Below are positions 46,749-60,509 of a DNA stretch of 64,000 nucleotides, one piece after another. Source of the DNA: Branchiostoma lanceolatum (lineage: Eukaryota). The stretch lies in NCBI RefSeq assembly GCF_035083965.1, contig NC_089740.1:9172596-9236595 (forward strand). The letters are read 5' to 3'. Both the position numbers and the translations under genes were made by a program. The notes beneath the pieces are model-generated. The model did no database searches. It was given only the letters and a program-made list of their open reading frames with translations, and was not told the origin of the DNA. The stretch's first letter is position 1. Every line of letters begins with the position of its first letter.

Positions 46749-47388
46749 CTGGAATGGTGAAAATATAGATAATCAAATACAAGATGGTTCAATGACAGTG
46801 CGTGCCTTTAGAGAGTTTCTTTCTTGCAAGTAAAGCATCCGGGGTAATTCTGCAAATAAAAGTATGAAAAACGAAAATAGTGCAAATGCCTAAAATCGAT
46901 CGCTGTTGATCTTCAAAACCCTCCTCAGTCGGGCTGAATGCGCTCGGCAAACCCTCCCGCATCAGCCCTGCTCCTCTCCTGTCTGTTTCTGGCTCCTGGT
47001 GATGTTGCTCACACTTGTTCTAATTGATTAGTGAGCTAGCGTTTAAGGCACAGACAGCCGTTATTTTGTTCTGAACTAAAAGTAGCGATGTCAGACGTAA
47101 CCTGATTGGCTGATAGATTCTCAACGATATTTAAGCTTTCCGGTTTTCCAAGATAAGCTTCTGGCAATCCTCTGATGATGTTTGGTGGTGACGTCACCAG
47201 GAGCCAGAAACAGGCCAGAAAAGAGCATGGCTGATGTGGGAGGGTTTGCCGAGCGCATTCGGTGCTACTGAGGAGGGTAATCTTCAATCAAGTAAAGTTA
47301 GAACTTGATCTCTTTTAGATATTCTACTATCCCCTCAATTATTACTTACTATGGAATATTAATATGGATGGGTTTAAGATCAAAGTAC

Positions 47389-47516
47389 CTGTAGAACCTG
47401 CGGGAGATCCCAGTGGAACAGTGTCACCATCGGTTGGATGTCGTTGACTATCAACTCGTCGATGAGGGCGTTGTAGTAGCGGACGCCATCTTGGTTCACT
47501 CCATCTTGTTGCTCAC
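47389..47516 (-). CDS. GH1 copy 1 exon 3
   Basis: Acceptor ctcacag|GT and donor CAG|gtactt. Translates [43 protein letters not shown]. Lies in ORF 47380-47700. Confidence 0.85.
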
Positions 47517-48026
47517 CTGTGAGATGAAGTAAGTAAATGAGAAATTCTTGCCATTTGTGATAGGTCTTTGATTGAGACAACGTGACACATTGTGTATTTT
47601 GAGATAATATGTGACGGAAACAATGTATAAAACATAAAAAGTCAGGTCTACATAGCTGAGAAAGATACGGGAAAGCCATGTTGGTGACCATTGACCTCAC
47701 TCTAAAGCGTATGCGATAAAGATTGTAATCTAACTATTTTGGCTTAATAACTTCCACTCGTTAGGTTGGTGGAGAGCTATCAGAATCAAGTGTCCACCCC
47801 AACTTAATTAATCAATACTGCACAATTTTACCCTCACTCAGACTAGATATGTTTCCGTATGTTTGCGATTATGATGTTGTTGATGAAGACTATAGCTGTT
47901 GTGAGTCATTGAATGGCCGTTCATAAGTTGCTGTAGAGATTTATTACCAGCCTATTCGAATCATTAACTTTGTCCAAACTTTAGTGCCTATTTTTCGCCA
48001 CGCAGCATGCTATAGGGGAATCTTAC

Positions 48027-48140
48027 CTGTTGGGAATAGCCTGGGCCATGAGATCGAGAAGCGGTAATACTTCAGCCCCATCTGCTTCATCAGTGCTACA
48101 TCCTCCGGGTACTTGTGGTAGCTGTCACAGGCAACATCCC
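48027..48140 (-). CDS. GH1 copy 1 exon 2
   Basis: Acceptor tcttctccag|GG and donor ACAG|gtaaga. Translates [38 protein letters not shown]. Confidence 0.8.
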
Positions 48141-50785
48141 CTGGAGAAGACACACAATACCATTCATATTAGAAAGAGTGTCTACACTAAGCTGGTAAGA
48201 TATGGCTGGCCAACCTGGGATATTAATAAACACTGTGATGATGAGAATAGGAAACCTGAATTGTTGCTCTACATATGATTGTTAGGGGTTCTTCACAGCA
48301 CGGCGCTGCTGACATGGTGAGCTTTATGAGGTACGTTAAAAGGTTTGTATGTTTCATCTTCTAAGATTGGTCCAAGAGTTCAATTTTAGAAAATAAACTT
48401 ATTAAGTGTTAGTACATGTACAATGTAGGATTTTTGCTTTCGAAATCAGTAAAACTTTTCAAAAGTAAAGCAAGATCAAAGCTTAGCAATAAATGCGTAA
48501 CGTCACTCTCGTTGATACATGATTCAGAACCAAATGCGTACTTTTAAAAAGATGATAAATGACCTCAACACCGGTACCCTACACTTACACCCACTGCGTA
48601 CAGTATATACAGCGACTGAGATGATTCTTATATGTTTAGTTTCTTAGTTAAATCATCCAAACATTTTCATGCTAGCTCACGACTTGTACATTACACATTG
48701 CACGTCCAGCTTATCTTATCACGGATTAAAAATTGCGTAAAATCAATCAAGATGGCGTCATATCAAGGGATTTTGGACTCTAGTTTAAACTCTATTCAGT
48801 TCAAATTTGTTACCCAGTCAGTAGAAGGCTTGTCTTCCATGACAGGCAACATCGCCTAGTGTAAGACAACAACAACTATTATATACGTAACAGGCAACAT
48901 TCTTGTACGCTTAGTTTCTGAGTTTCATTTCCCTCAAATTCTTCATGATAGTTCACTCAATGCGCATAAGTCTAAGTTATCTGATCAGGGATAAATTATT
49001 GCGTAAAACCAACCAAGATGGCGTCATCCCGAAGGATTTTGAACTTTGGATACTAATTCAAACTCAAGTCAGGTAAAAATTCGTTGCCCGGCCAGTAGAG
49101 TGCTTGTCTTCTGGGAGGGGGGCACGAAGACGTGTAAACAATGGCATCGCAGTAACAACACGTTCCTAATCAGGTCTGTCAAACGGCGTCGTTTATCTCA
49201 AAGGAACTCGTGTTTAACTCCATCATTAATGCGTTTATTAACAAGGGGGCGTGTCCTTGGCACGTTAGCAGCTAAAGGTTGTATAATAGGGTCATTGTGC
49301 AAGTGTACACATGATAGCGGGGACGCGGACCTTGACACCGTATGACACGTTCCCAGGAAACTTTATACAGAAGTGTAGCTGTGTAATTGACACATATTCA
49401 TGTATTTCACTGCGAAAGGTGTGAGTAATTGGTCTTTATCTGTTTAAGCCAAACATCCTCAAAGCCTATTTACCCGACTCTCGATAAGTGGGTTGTTTTT
49501 CACTAATGTAAACACAAGCCGCTCCGCGCAGGTTTAAAATCCTTTATGCAACCCTACGTGGTTTAATCGTACCGCGATTCATCGATCTCAGCTGTTTATT
49601 GTGTCATATCTCTTGTACAAAATGCACGTGGCAATGCACATGTTCAAATTCGGGTCTGTCGACCATTGGAATCATTGATTTTGGTGATTACGTAAGTCAT
49701 TCAGCATCATTCAGCATGATGTAACATTGCTCTCTCACTAGACCATGAAAAAGCTTTGTCATTTCAACTCAGCACTTTCCTTTGTTCTCAAAATTATCGT
49801 GGACGTGTCACATTGTTCCCTGGTTGAAGTCTTTACTGGACATACTGTAAATGCAGAAATGTGCCGGGATTACATTTGGCGGGGGGGGGGGCGGTAGAAA
49901 TCTTCGGTGGTTTTGAGTTCATGCTTGAAAGAATAGTATCGCTACAGTAACACAATGGAACGGCTTTTCGCAGTGGGTTTAAGTTCGCGATAAAGAGTTC
50001 ACCGCAAAAAACAGCGAAAATAAAACCATGGCGAACATTTCTGCTTTTACAGTATATGCTTCTCCATTTCTCTCAGCACGTTTCCAGTGGTATAGTAGGT
50101 GTGTTGACACGTATGCAACGTTCCATCTACAACAAGGCCGGCAATGAACCCGTCAAACTGTCAAGATTGGAGCTTTTTCACAGCTAGCCTTTCAAGAATA
50201 AACTGCTGCTGAAAAGAACTACAGCCAATGCTAACTGTTGTACGATATAACAAAGGGACAGGGCGAGGGGGAGGGGGTGAGAAAAGATTGACAGAGGTGG
50301 AAAGAGAAAACGGGTTCATAGGTGCTCATTGTTCTTAAACAGCTTTTTAAAACATATGACTTAAGCTAGAGGTGTCTTGCTTGATCTCCTACTTTTACCG
50401 TCTCTGAATCTAGTTTGGTTAAACATCCTACAAACAGGTAAACTTTCCATAGCTTTCTCAAGGCCGTATGTTGCCAATCCACTCTCTTTTACATGGTATT
50501 GGAAGGCGGAGCCCAGCCTGGAATCCAGACCTATTATGATAGCTCCCGAGTCTCGGGAGCTCTAATAGGTCTGGATTCCAGGCTAGGCGGAGCCCATCCG
50601 TCTCGTTCCATCACCTTCTACCTCCTCAACCGAAGTCAGGTACCCATTGTTACCCCTAGGTGGAGTCAGGTACCCATTTACACCTGAGGTTTACATGTAA
50701 GTCATGTTAAGTGCCTTTCTCATTGACAATTGTGCATTGACAACATACGATAACTTTCAAAACAGTGGACGAAGAAGACTTTTAC

Positions 50786-51023
50786 CTGTATCTTGGTTGT
50801 TAACTCTGCCCTGGTGTGCGAGTGTGTCCCAGATGGACGGACCTTTGTCACTGACGTTCCAGGCGCCTTCTATCTGGTACGCTGCCGTTGCCGAACTCCA
50901 GATGAAGTCCTGCGGAAATGTTCCCTTCAGTAGAGCATCTCTCTCCTTGTCGTATGCTCCATTAACGGGAGCAAAGGCGAGGGTAACCCCGAGAAGGAAG
51001 TTAAAGAACTTTCTTGGTGCCAT
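50786..51023 (-). CDS. GH1 (lactase-like beta-glycosidase) copy 1 exon 1
   Basis: ATG at 51023 (plus-strand cat 51021-51023). Translates [22 protein letters not shown]|[57 protein letters not shown], a signal peptide plus the GH1 N-terminal motif. Donor ACAG|gtaaaa. Lies in ORF 50757-51128. Confidence 0.8.
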
Positions 51024-52581
51024 GATAGAACCGTCGGCTGCCAGGGATAAGGACAAATAAGCTCTAGTCTGATACCCAACGGCCCAAATAGGCAAACGCT
51101 GGGGCCACTTTGTGGTTTTCATCAACACTGATAATTCATAGCATTTTATTTATGAAAAATCGTTTTTCAGAATCACTTACTTCCTTTGCATATGGTCACG
51201 GTCCATATGTCCAATGAAAGCTCAACTAACTTCCCAAAATTCAGAAATTTCATTTGTCCAAAAAAACTTTCATAGACGATGGATACATTTTCTGACATAC
51301 GTGATATCTCCATCCACAGCCTCGAATGCCACTTGTCCAATAGTGTCCTCAACTAGTTTTAAATTTATTATCTGACAGTACAAAGGTTATCGGGATTTGA
51401 AGGTTTGTTGGCTCACTGTTCAAACCGCGACGTTTGGTGACATCACGCCGTCCTCCCACTTTGTAAACACAGTGTCACTGCACAAATATAAAGGCTTACT
51501 TATTATTTGATGTGGTTAAAGCAATCTACTTTTGATAGCTTTGTATTCAAACCGACGTGCTGGCATTTGAAGAGTTGCAAAGAGGGGGGTATGGCCAATT
51601 GCCAACAGAGTTCGTCATTGCTAGGTGATTGACGTCAGCAGCCTGTGTGCATGTTCAACGTCTATCCAACTAGGACTACTTTGGACACTCATGGGGACAG
51701 CAATGTCTTTGAACTGTATTTGAACAACAGTTCAAACACACACCTTGGCACAATTCTTTACCACAGTCATCATAGATCATGATCGCATGTCGTCAAACAG
51801 CCGGAAAAAAGGTAACAGACCGCGCATTGGTCTTTGTGGAAGAGCTGATCTTTCTCCCCTATAGGTTGAACATTTGGTTCTACCCGCGCTTTGTTTGAAG
51901 AAGAATGGCGCTTTGAACAACCCGGACGACATAGGGTAGTGCTACGTTATCATTCAGAAAAGTGTACATGGTAAAATGTTGCAAGACAAGTGGTTGATAA
52001 GATCATGAAAGTTCTTTGCTGGTTAATTGGGCAACAAAAGCAATTATATAAGCCTCTGCAGTGTTAGATATCCATGTCCACCGCATAAGTACAAAATAGA
52101 ATTGCAATGAAAACATTTCAAGGCGCTTGAATTAAGTACAGCTACTAACACCATCTACGTCGATAATCCACCTGCTCAATCGATGACGCAACAGACCACT
52201 CCGAATACCGCGAGAAACATCTATATAGAATAGAGTACAACACTGAATAATGGAATTGTCAGACCAATGATTTTTCTATATTCATTTATTTGAAAAAAAA
52301 GTAATAGCTGCACAAATGCCGTCATTAGTGTTTAAAAAACACCATCAAGACTCGTCCTAGCATAAGGCGTAGGTAAGTTGATCTACATGGCTCAATATAA
52401 CAAATAGAACAATCAATCTCCGATCAGTCTTAATGCGGATGTTTCTCTCTCTGTCAGTAATTCGTATTGGTTATGTACTAAAATCTTAATACCCATGAAG
52501 TGATCTACCAAAACGTAAAGCACTATTCACAAATGCAGGACTATGAACGAGTTGTAAGTACCTAATGGTTTAACTACATGT

Positions 52582-52937
52582 TCAAGCGATTAGGGGGTAT
52601 GCAATCATCATGGGTATCGCGAGAAACAGCGAGAACAGGGACGAGATTTGAGAAGCGCCCCCTGTATACCCGTTCACCTCTGCCTCTGTGGTGTTGTGGC
52701 AGAAGTACCACATGTTCTCCACGTACTTGGTGAACTCTGAACCCTCGGGGTAGCCGTTGTTCCTGACCAGCTGTTTGAAGAAGACGGAAGAAGCCTTCGG
52801 GTAGCGGGTGCGGGTGGGGTCGTTGAAGTTGACGTAGTGGAGACCGAATCGCTCGGAGTAGCCGGACAGCCACTCGAAGTTGTCCAGCAGGGACCAGGCA
52901 GTGTAGGCCTTCACTTTGACGCTGTCCAGGTTACTAG
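52582..52937 (-). CDS. GH1 copy 2 exon 10 (terminal; GPI-anchor-like tail; includes stop)
   Basis: Translates [118 protein letters not shown] then stop. Lies in ORF 52582-52962. Confidence 0.85.
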
Positions 52938-53499
52938 CTGGTAGTGGAATGAAAAACAACAATCATGATGTTAGGCATATTGTATAGGAAGTTGAATAGT
53001 GCAGATCTGGTAGTCAAGGGAAGTTCCTGCACCATTTTTAGAATTTCGTCGGCAGTGCATTGTTTCGAATTCGAAGATTTGGTAAAAAGTGTCCAACTGA
53101 CCAAAAAAAGGACCTATTGTGACATGGATTTTCGTAGCTTGAGGAGGTCTATCAAAAACGTACTCAGTTGGTGTGCCTGTTTCCAAATCTACCAGAAAGG
53201 TCCCAAAAAGATGGCAAGAAGTTGAGTTTGCTCGAGTCCAGAGTTGTCCCACACGTGTGACAAGTATACTCAATATAATACAGTTTGCACAGGTTAAGGA
53301 TAAGGGCGTCTCAGTGTTTGTTATCAATGGATTAATAAGACCAGATAAAGCAAAAGAATTAACAAAAAAAACCTTTCACAGGGATATGAGGTCTCTTAAT
53401 ATTACGCTATCTGTTGTAACTCATTGGTTTCTTTTCAAATATTCCCTGTTAGAGAAACAGAATGATGAAAAAGACATCTGCTTAACTACGAACATGTAC

Positions 53500-53585
53500 C
53501 TTTCATGACCTCATTGGTGTACATCATGTAGTAGCAGATCCTCTCCATGTCCATCATGATGGCTGGGTCCTGGTCATGGTCAGAC
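53500..53585 (-). CDS. GH1 copy 2 exon 9
   Basis: Translates RSDHDQDPAIMMDMERICYYMMYTNEVMK. Lies in ORF 53486-53668. Acceptor tgctag|G and donor GAAAG|gtacat. Confidence 0.8.
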
Positions 53586-53979
53586 CTAGCATATCGTTGA
53601 AAACATGGAATAAGAGTTATATAAGAATAGCATTTGGTATTAGAGCCTGTAGAGTATGCTATAGTCAAGGGACTGACAGCAATCTGTGTTGGCTACGGGC
53701 TCAACAAATCTTCTGTACTTTTAAAAGCTTGATGCTACATTTTTTTTTCCATTGATATGCCCCCTCCTTGCCAAAATGAAAGATCAGAATTTCGAATTAC
53801 AGAATTCTCCGAAGTATTTATTGGATATTCATGATATGATATACAAAATGTACAGCCTTTTAGGCCCATCAAAACATACTAACATACACATACTACAACA
53901 ATACATGAAGGAAAATGCTATATGAATGTCAACGAATGAAATTTGCAAGCAATTACTTGTGGTTAGAAAAGCTGCTCAC

Positions 53980-54148
53980 CTTCCGTTTTCAGTGACGTAG
54001 ATTTCCGGATCTCCGTACTCTTCCTTGATCCAGCCGAGGAGATTCCGGATTCCCCACGGAACGACGTACAGCCAGCTGGAGGCGGCTCGGGGCCAGTCAG
54101 GCGCATGCCCAGTCCCTATATCCTTGTCCGAGTCGTAGTTGGGGTTTT
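53980..54148 (-). CDS. GH1 copy 2 exon 8 (YVTENG)
   Basis: Acceptor tttacacag|AA and donor GGAAG|gtgagc. Nearly identical to copy 1 exon 8 (..DSDKDIGTGHAPDWPRAASSWLYVVPWGIRNLLGWIKEEYGDPEIYVTENG). Confidence 0.8.
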
Positions 54149-54578
54149 CTGTGTAAAGGAAAAATAAGAATCAAGAATCATGTCCACATTGAATATTGAA
54201 GGTCTTATCCACACATAGCCGATCATGGCCTCCCTAAATTCTCCATACCATAGTTGGAAATTAGTCGTGAGAAAGGTCAGCTTTGGTTGCGAGCTGGCCG
54301 GCGAGGTTGCTTTAAATCTTTGAAAGTCGTCTGTGCCAGCCGCTTATAAATATTAACAAATCCAAGTCTATGAGAGGAGCGAACTCGAACTAGAATAGAC
54401 TGGCTACTCGCAACCCAGCGCCAGACTTAGATGGAAGTAGTGAAAAGTTGTGAGAACGTCCTGAATGTGTCACTCGCCGGCTTTATGGCTCTCAACTGAC
54501 AGGCCGACATGGCCGACAGGCTGAAAGGACATGAGCAGGCGAGCAGATGTATATCTCGGTGACACGTTTTTGACCTAC

Positions 54579-54738
54579 CTATTGGAGTACAGCAGGTGTC
54601 GGTCACCTCCACTGTGGTGTAGTGGTTCAGTCCGAAGAAGTCTCCGGTGCCGCTGATGTAGGCCTTCTGTTCCGGGGTGAACTCCGGGAGACGGGACGTG
54701 GTCCTCCCCTCCTCCTGAGCTTTCCTCGTCATCGTTGT
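54579..54738 (-). CDS. GH1 copy 2 exon 7
   Basis: Translates [53 protein letters not shown]. Lies in ORF 54427-54732. Acceptor ttcctacatag and donor ATAG|gtaggt. Confidence 0.8.
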
Positions 54739-55074
54739 CTATGTAGGAAAAATACGCGCTTTTACTGTACCCTGTCATTTCTTATGTTTACCCTTAAGGA
54801 AGGGAAACGTATTATGGTTACATGGTGACAGTAGACGCCCTGTTGTGTTTGATTTCATCATGTAGCACGTGCATGCTTGTCACCATATATTTGTAATCAA
54901 ATGAATGGATTTGATAAGAATAAACTGTAGCGTAGTCTGTTTTGCCGGTGTCTCCTGTGACAGATTCTCCAGCGAACCAACATCGGAGGCATCAACAGCG
55001 GCAGACCGTCTTCAAAGACGAAAGTAGCCTACGATTAAGATCTTACAAGAAAAATTGATGAGAACGTGTCGTAC

Positions 55075-55215
55075 CTTCATCACTTCCGGATAGTCGCCGT
55101 TCTTGAAGATCGGGTGGGCGAACCAGCCCATGGAGAACTGGATATAACGGATCGCTGCGTCAGCATCGCCCGGAGTCTTGGGCGTACCCCAGTCACAGTT
55201 GAGGGTGATGCCAAC
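55075..55215 (-). CDS. GH1 copy 2 exon 6
   Basis: Acceptor ctctatag|GTT and donor GATGAAG|gtacga. Orthologous to copy 1 exon 6 ([47 protein letters not shown]-like). 141 nt. Confidence 0.75.
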
Positions 55216-55289
55216 CTATAGAGTAAAACAGAACATTAGATCAAATAGTTCGATGCACTAACAGAAAGCCACGAAGCATTGTTTTGTGG

Positions 55290-55316
55290 GCCGTCTCTCT
55301 CTCTCTCTCTCTCTCT

Positions 55317-55364
<48 letters not shown>

Positions 55365-55410
55365 ATTTCTCTCTCTTTTTGCCCTCTCTTTCTCGCTATC
55401 TTTTCTCTCT
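55290..55410. repeat. (CT)n microsatellite in GH1 copy 2 intron 6
   Basis: ctctctctctctctctctctagctctctctctctctctct... Confidence 0.85.
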
Positions 55411-55587
55411 CTCTCCCTCACTCCTTTGAGGAATGATAGATATACACGAGAGACTGGTATTAATAGTCTTGAATTTGAGGAGTCACAGACAAGGTACAGT
55501 AGTTCTGCCTCGTGTATTGCAAACGGCGACAATAACCATCCTATATTTTTACGTTGCCATGTTATGTAGACAGTGAGGATATTTCAC

Positions 55588-55715
55588 CTGTCCATTCTGT
55601 GCGGCTCTGAACTCGTCGTCATAGATATGGTAGGCCTTGGCGTGGGACAGGATGATGTTGTGGGCTGCTTTGTACTGTCCTTCGGCCGGCTCGTTATGCT
55701 GGGGGGCAAAGTTAC
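55588..55715 (-). CDS. GH1 copy 2 exon 5
   Basis: Translates GNFAPQHNEPAEGQYKAAHNIILSHAKAYHIYDDEFRAAQNGQ. Lies in ORF 55549-55755. Acceptor cttgccag and donor GGACAG|gtgaaa. Confidence 0.85.
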
Positions 55716-56207
55716 CTGGCAAGAAACAGAAAGACTTGCTATAAAACATGTTCAACTACGGAAGTCCTCCCCTATTATAAAATTGATATTAAGCCAATGT
55801 GAGGAACATTGATGCGAAAAGATATCATGACATCAAAAGCCGATAGAAAATTAGATAATACTGTAGGGAGATTGCTAATAAAAGTATAAGTGCCTTTTTA
55901 ATATATACAGTTCTTCACATGTAAGGGTAATGCATGACATCTACAAAAAGAAAGGCTATTCGATCTTCATTGAAACCGCATTGGCAAAGCTCTACCGGTC
56001 TAATGCATGTAAACGATGCCCAGCTATTGCCAACATTTTCAGATCATCATCATCATCGGTCCTCCCCTTGACCAAGGAGGTTTTATATAAAACTTTACCT
56101 TAACGAGGTCCAGCAAGCGAAGTTTACCTTCCAGAACTGCTTGTCGTTCATTGCAGAGTTTTTGTAGTAACACAGAAGATAACCCACCCTAAGATGAAAG
56201 TACCCAC

Positions 56208-56373
56208 CAACGCCATATCCGAGCCAGGACGTGATCCAGGGTTCGTTGAATGTGATCCAGTACTTGACGCGATCCCCAAAGTTCTGGTAACAGAAGCGAG
56301 CGTAGTCTCCGAACAGATCGTGGATCACGGTAGTGTTGGTGGTGTGGTTGTTGAGGAAGCCTCCGTACCTGTC
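56208..56373 (-). CDS. GH1 copy 2 exon 4 (TFNEP)
   Basis: Translates [55 protein letters not shown]. Lies in ORF 56095-56328. Acceptor ctttacag and donor GTTG|gtgggt. Confidence 0.85.
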
Positions 56374-57209
56374 CTGTAAAGGTGAAAATATGAATAATCA
56401 AATAAAAGTCGGTTCAATGACAGTACGTGTCTTTAGGGAGTTTCTTTCCTGTAAATGAAGCATCGGTGTGATACTGCCAATAAAAGTATTTTAAATGTGC
56501 TTTCTAAGATCAAGGAGGTTTTCCTTGGCAAGATGCAACAGTGTTCGAATTAACACGGTGGTTTCGCACGGGTGCCAGGTTCACCGTCATCTGTATGGTG
56601 TATGTGCTGATTGTCTGCAATGATTGTTTGAGCCTTCTTAAAGTATAATAGTAGTGAACTCATGATTACAAACGTATGCCTTCTGCCAAGCTTTTCGAGA
56701 CATCTTCAGATATGACTGGATGCAAAACCAAAAAGTTAGTATGCCTAACATTGATCGCTGTTGATCTTCAAAACTTCGTCGGTCGCGCTGAATGCGCTCA
56801 GCAAACCCTCCATCAGCTCTGTTCTTGTCGGCCTTTTTGCTCCTGGCGACATTACTTATAGTTGCTCATGAATGATTAATGAGCTAGCCGTATTTTGTTC
56901 TGAACCAAAAGTAGCGATGTAAGACGTAACCTGATTGGCTGATAGCATCCCAGCGACCTTTGCGTTTTTCAAGATAAGCTTCTGCTAATCCTCTGATTGG
57001 CTGAACGCTGTTTGGCTTCTGATGTCGCCAGCTGCAGGAGCCAGAAAAAATTGGCCGGAGAAGAGCAGGGCTGATGCGGAAGGGTTTGCCGAGCGCATTC
57101 AGCCCAGCTGGGGAGGGTGATCTTCAAGAATATAAACTTAGAACTTGATTTCTTTTAGATAGTCTACTATCCCCTCAATTTATTGTGGATGGGTTCAAGA
57201 TCAAAGTAC

Positions 57210-57337
57210 CTGTAGAATCTGCGGAAGGTCCCAGTGGAACAGTGTGACCATCGGTTGGATGTCATTGGCTATCAACTCGTTGATAAGGGCGTTGTAGTAG
57301 CGGACGCCATCTTGGTTCACGCCATCTTGTTGCTCAC
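57210..57337 (-). CDS. GH1 copy 2 exon 3
   Basis: Translates [43 protein letters not shown]. Lies in ORF 57201-57434. Acceptor ctcacag and donor CAG|gtactt. Confidence 0.85.
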
Positions 57338-57754
57338 CTGTGAGATGAAGTAGTAAGTAATAAAAAAACGTGATACAGTAGGTAATTTTTAAAGATATTA
57401 TGTGACAAGGTATATATAAGGTACACATAGACAAAGATACGAGGAAGCCACGTTGGTGGCATGTGACCTCACTCTAAAGCGATGGATATATCTAATCTAA
57501 CTAAATCGAGCTAGCTGTCAGAAGCTAGTGTCCACCCCACCTCTATCAATCAATACTGCGCCAGTTTACCCTCACTCATACCGGATAAGATATGGTATGC
57601 TTGCGGCTGCAATGTTGTTGATGAAAACTAAGCTGCTGTGAGTCGTTGAATGACTATCGAAATGGTGTAAACTACTGTAGAGATAACCAGCATATTCTAG
57701 TCATTGACTATATGCCTAAACTCCAGTGCCTTTTGATCGCCATGTAGCATGCTA

Positions 57755-57904
<150 letters not shown>

Positions 57905-58959
57905 TTAGATTGCAGAGATCATAAAGTACTGCCGCCCAAGCTTAAGCTGGCAAGATATGGCTGTTAAAACAAATTATGAGAATACAAGGGTTGAAATGTT
58001 GCCCTATATATGGCTGTAAGGGTCCCCCCCCCCCCCAGATATCACACGCCGCAATACTCATGGTGATATCATGAGGTATACGCTAAAAGGTCTGTGTGTT
58101 TTCGTCTTCTAAGACTGGACCTTGAATTTGATTTTAGAAAATAAACGTGTTAAGTTTTAGAACACGTACAATGTAAGCTTACATTGATATAGAACTAAAT
58201 GCGTACTTTTATAAGAATGATAAATGAAGTCAATACCCTGCACTGATCACACCCACTGCGTACAGTGTATATAGCGACTATTATTATATGCTTAGTTTCC
58301 TACTTTAATCATAACAAAATTCATGATAGCTCAGGACTTTTACACTGCACGCCACCCACAAGTCCAGCTTATCTTACGTAAGATTACGTAAAATCAATCA
58401 AGATGACGTCATGCCGAGGGTTTTTGAACTTTGGATTCTAGTTTAAACTCTGGTCAGGTAAAAAGTCATTACCCGGTCAGTAAAGTGCTTGTCTTTTGGG
58501 AGGGGGGGGGGGGGGGCACGAAGTCGTGTTAACAATGGCATCGCAGTAACAACACGTTCCTAATCAGGTCTGTCGATCAAACGGCGTCGTTTATCTCAAA
58601 AGGACTCGTGTTTAATTCCATCATTAATGCGTTTATTAACAAGGGGGCGTGTCCTTGGCACGTTAGCAGCTAAAGGTTGTATAATAGGGTCATTGTGCAA
58701 GTGTACACATGATAGCGGGGACGCGGACCTTGACACCGTATGACACGTTTTCAAGAAACTTTAACGAATGCACAGAAGTGTAGTAATTGGCACGTATTCA
58801 TGTATTTCACTGCAAAAGGTGTAAGTAATTAGTTTTTATCTGTTAAAGCCAAACATTCTCAAAGCCTATTTACCCGACTCTGGATAAGTGGGTTGTTTTT
58901 CACTAATGTAAGCAATAACCGCTCCGCGCAGGTTTAAAATCCGCTTAAAAGTGGCTCAA

Positions 58960-59102
58960 TCGTACCGCGATACTAGCCTGGGTGCCAGCCTTTTTAGCTT
59001 CCGTACGCTACACAAGCTCCGCTCCTCGAGCTTGGGTAGCGCAGTGGAGCTAGGGTAGCGGACGGAAGCTAAAAAGGCTGGCACTCAGGCTACCGCGATA
59101 CC
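58960..59102. repeat. Near-perfect palindrome/foldback insertion (about 65 bp arms) in GH1 copy 2 intron 1, absent at the homologous site of copy 1
   Basis: cgcgatactagcctgggtgccagcctttttagcttccgtacgcta...tagcggacggaagctaaaaaggctggcactcaggctaccgcgata. The copy 1 homologous region around 49540-49600 lacks it. Confidence 0.6.
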
Positions 59103-60271
59103 ACTTTGCTGCTTTTGCATATTGTGCAATATTTCCTTTACAAAATGCACGTGGCAATGCACATTCAGAAATTCGGGTCATCCTTCAAAAAAGGACCTTT
59201 AGAATCATTGATTTTGGTGATTACGTAAGCCATGGCTATGAGCATGATGTAACATTGCTCTCTCACTAGACCATGAAAAAGCTTTGTCATTTCAACTCAG
59301 CACTTTCCTTTGTTCTCAAAATCATCATGAACGTACCACACTGTTCCCTCATTGAAGTATATACGGGGCATACTACAAATGAAGAAATGTTAACCGGGAT
59401 TACATTTCGCGGTTGGGAGAAAATCTTCAGTGGTTTTGGGTTCGCGTTTGAAACAACTGTGGCGCTACAGTAACACAATGGAATGGCTTTTCGTGGTGGA
59501 TTTAAGTTCGCGGTAAAGAGTTCATCGCGAAAACGTGAAACCACAGCGAACATTTCTCCATTTACAGTATATGCTTCTCCATTTCTGTCAGTCCGTTCCC
59601 AGTGGTACAGTAGGTGTGTCGGCACGAAGGTAACGTTATATCTACAATGAGGCTGACAATAAAACAATAAAACTGCCAAGACTGTCGCCTTTTCACAGCT
59701 AGCCTTTCAAGATCAGGGTTAAACGGTTGATAGAAGGGCAACCATCCTGAAACAGATCTCTAACCGTGCTAGCCAGAGAGGGAAATGGAGGAAATTTGCA
59801 GTCACCTGTGCAAAAGCAGCAAACCGATGACAACGATGATGAAAATGACTTCAGCCAAAATATTAATGCTAACTGGTTTATAGAATGGTGCTCATTGTTC
59901 TTTAAAAAGCTTAAAACATAAGAAATAAGTCTGTGGTGTCTTGTTATATCTCCTACTTTCACCGTCTCTGAATCAAGTCTAGTCAAACATCCTGACCAGA
60001 CTATGTTCAGAGGTATAGGTCCCATGACCTTCTTTAAAAGGTTGGAGGCTGTGGATCCACACTCTTTGACGTGGTATCGGAAGGGGAGCCCATCCCTACG
60101 TCTTCCACCGCCTTAACTCACCCAACCGAAGTCAGGTACTTATTTTACCCCTGGACGGAGTCAGGTAACCATTTACACATGAGGCTGAAGTCATGTTAAG
60201 TGCCTTTCTCATTGACAATTGTGCAACAACATACAGTAACTTTCAAAACGGAGGACGAAGAAGACTTTTAC

Positions 60272-60509
60272 CTGTATCTTGGTTGTAAACTCTGCCCTGA
60301 TGTGCGAGTGTGTCCCAGACGGACGGACCTTTGTCACTGACGTTCCAGGCGCCTTCTATCTGGTACGCAGCCGTTGCCGAACTCCAGATGAAATCTTGCG
60401 GAAATGTTCCCTTCAGTAGAGCATCTCTCTCCTTGTCGTACGCCCCATTAATGGGAGTTAAGGCGAGGGTGACCCCTAGAAGTAAGCTAAAGACCTTTCT
60501 TGGCTCCAT
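60272..60509 (-). CDS. GH1 copy 2 exon 1
   Basis: ATG at 60509 (plus-strand cat 60507-60509). Translates [79 protein letters not shown]. Donor ACAG|gtaaaa. Lies in ORF 60243-60563. Confidence 0.8.

Noticed and set aside
48030-48278. Plus-strand 82-aa ORF overlapping GH1 copy 1 exon 2
   Set aside because: It is the antisense of the well-supported [11 protein letters not shown]...FSISWPR exon, so it is an antisense artefact.
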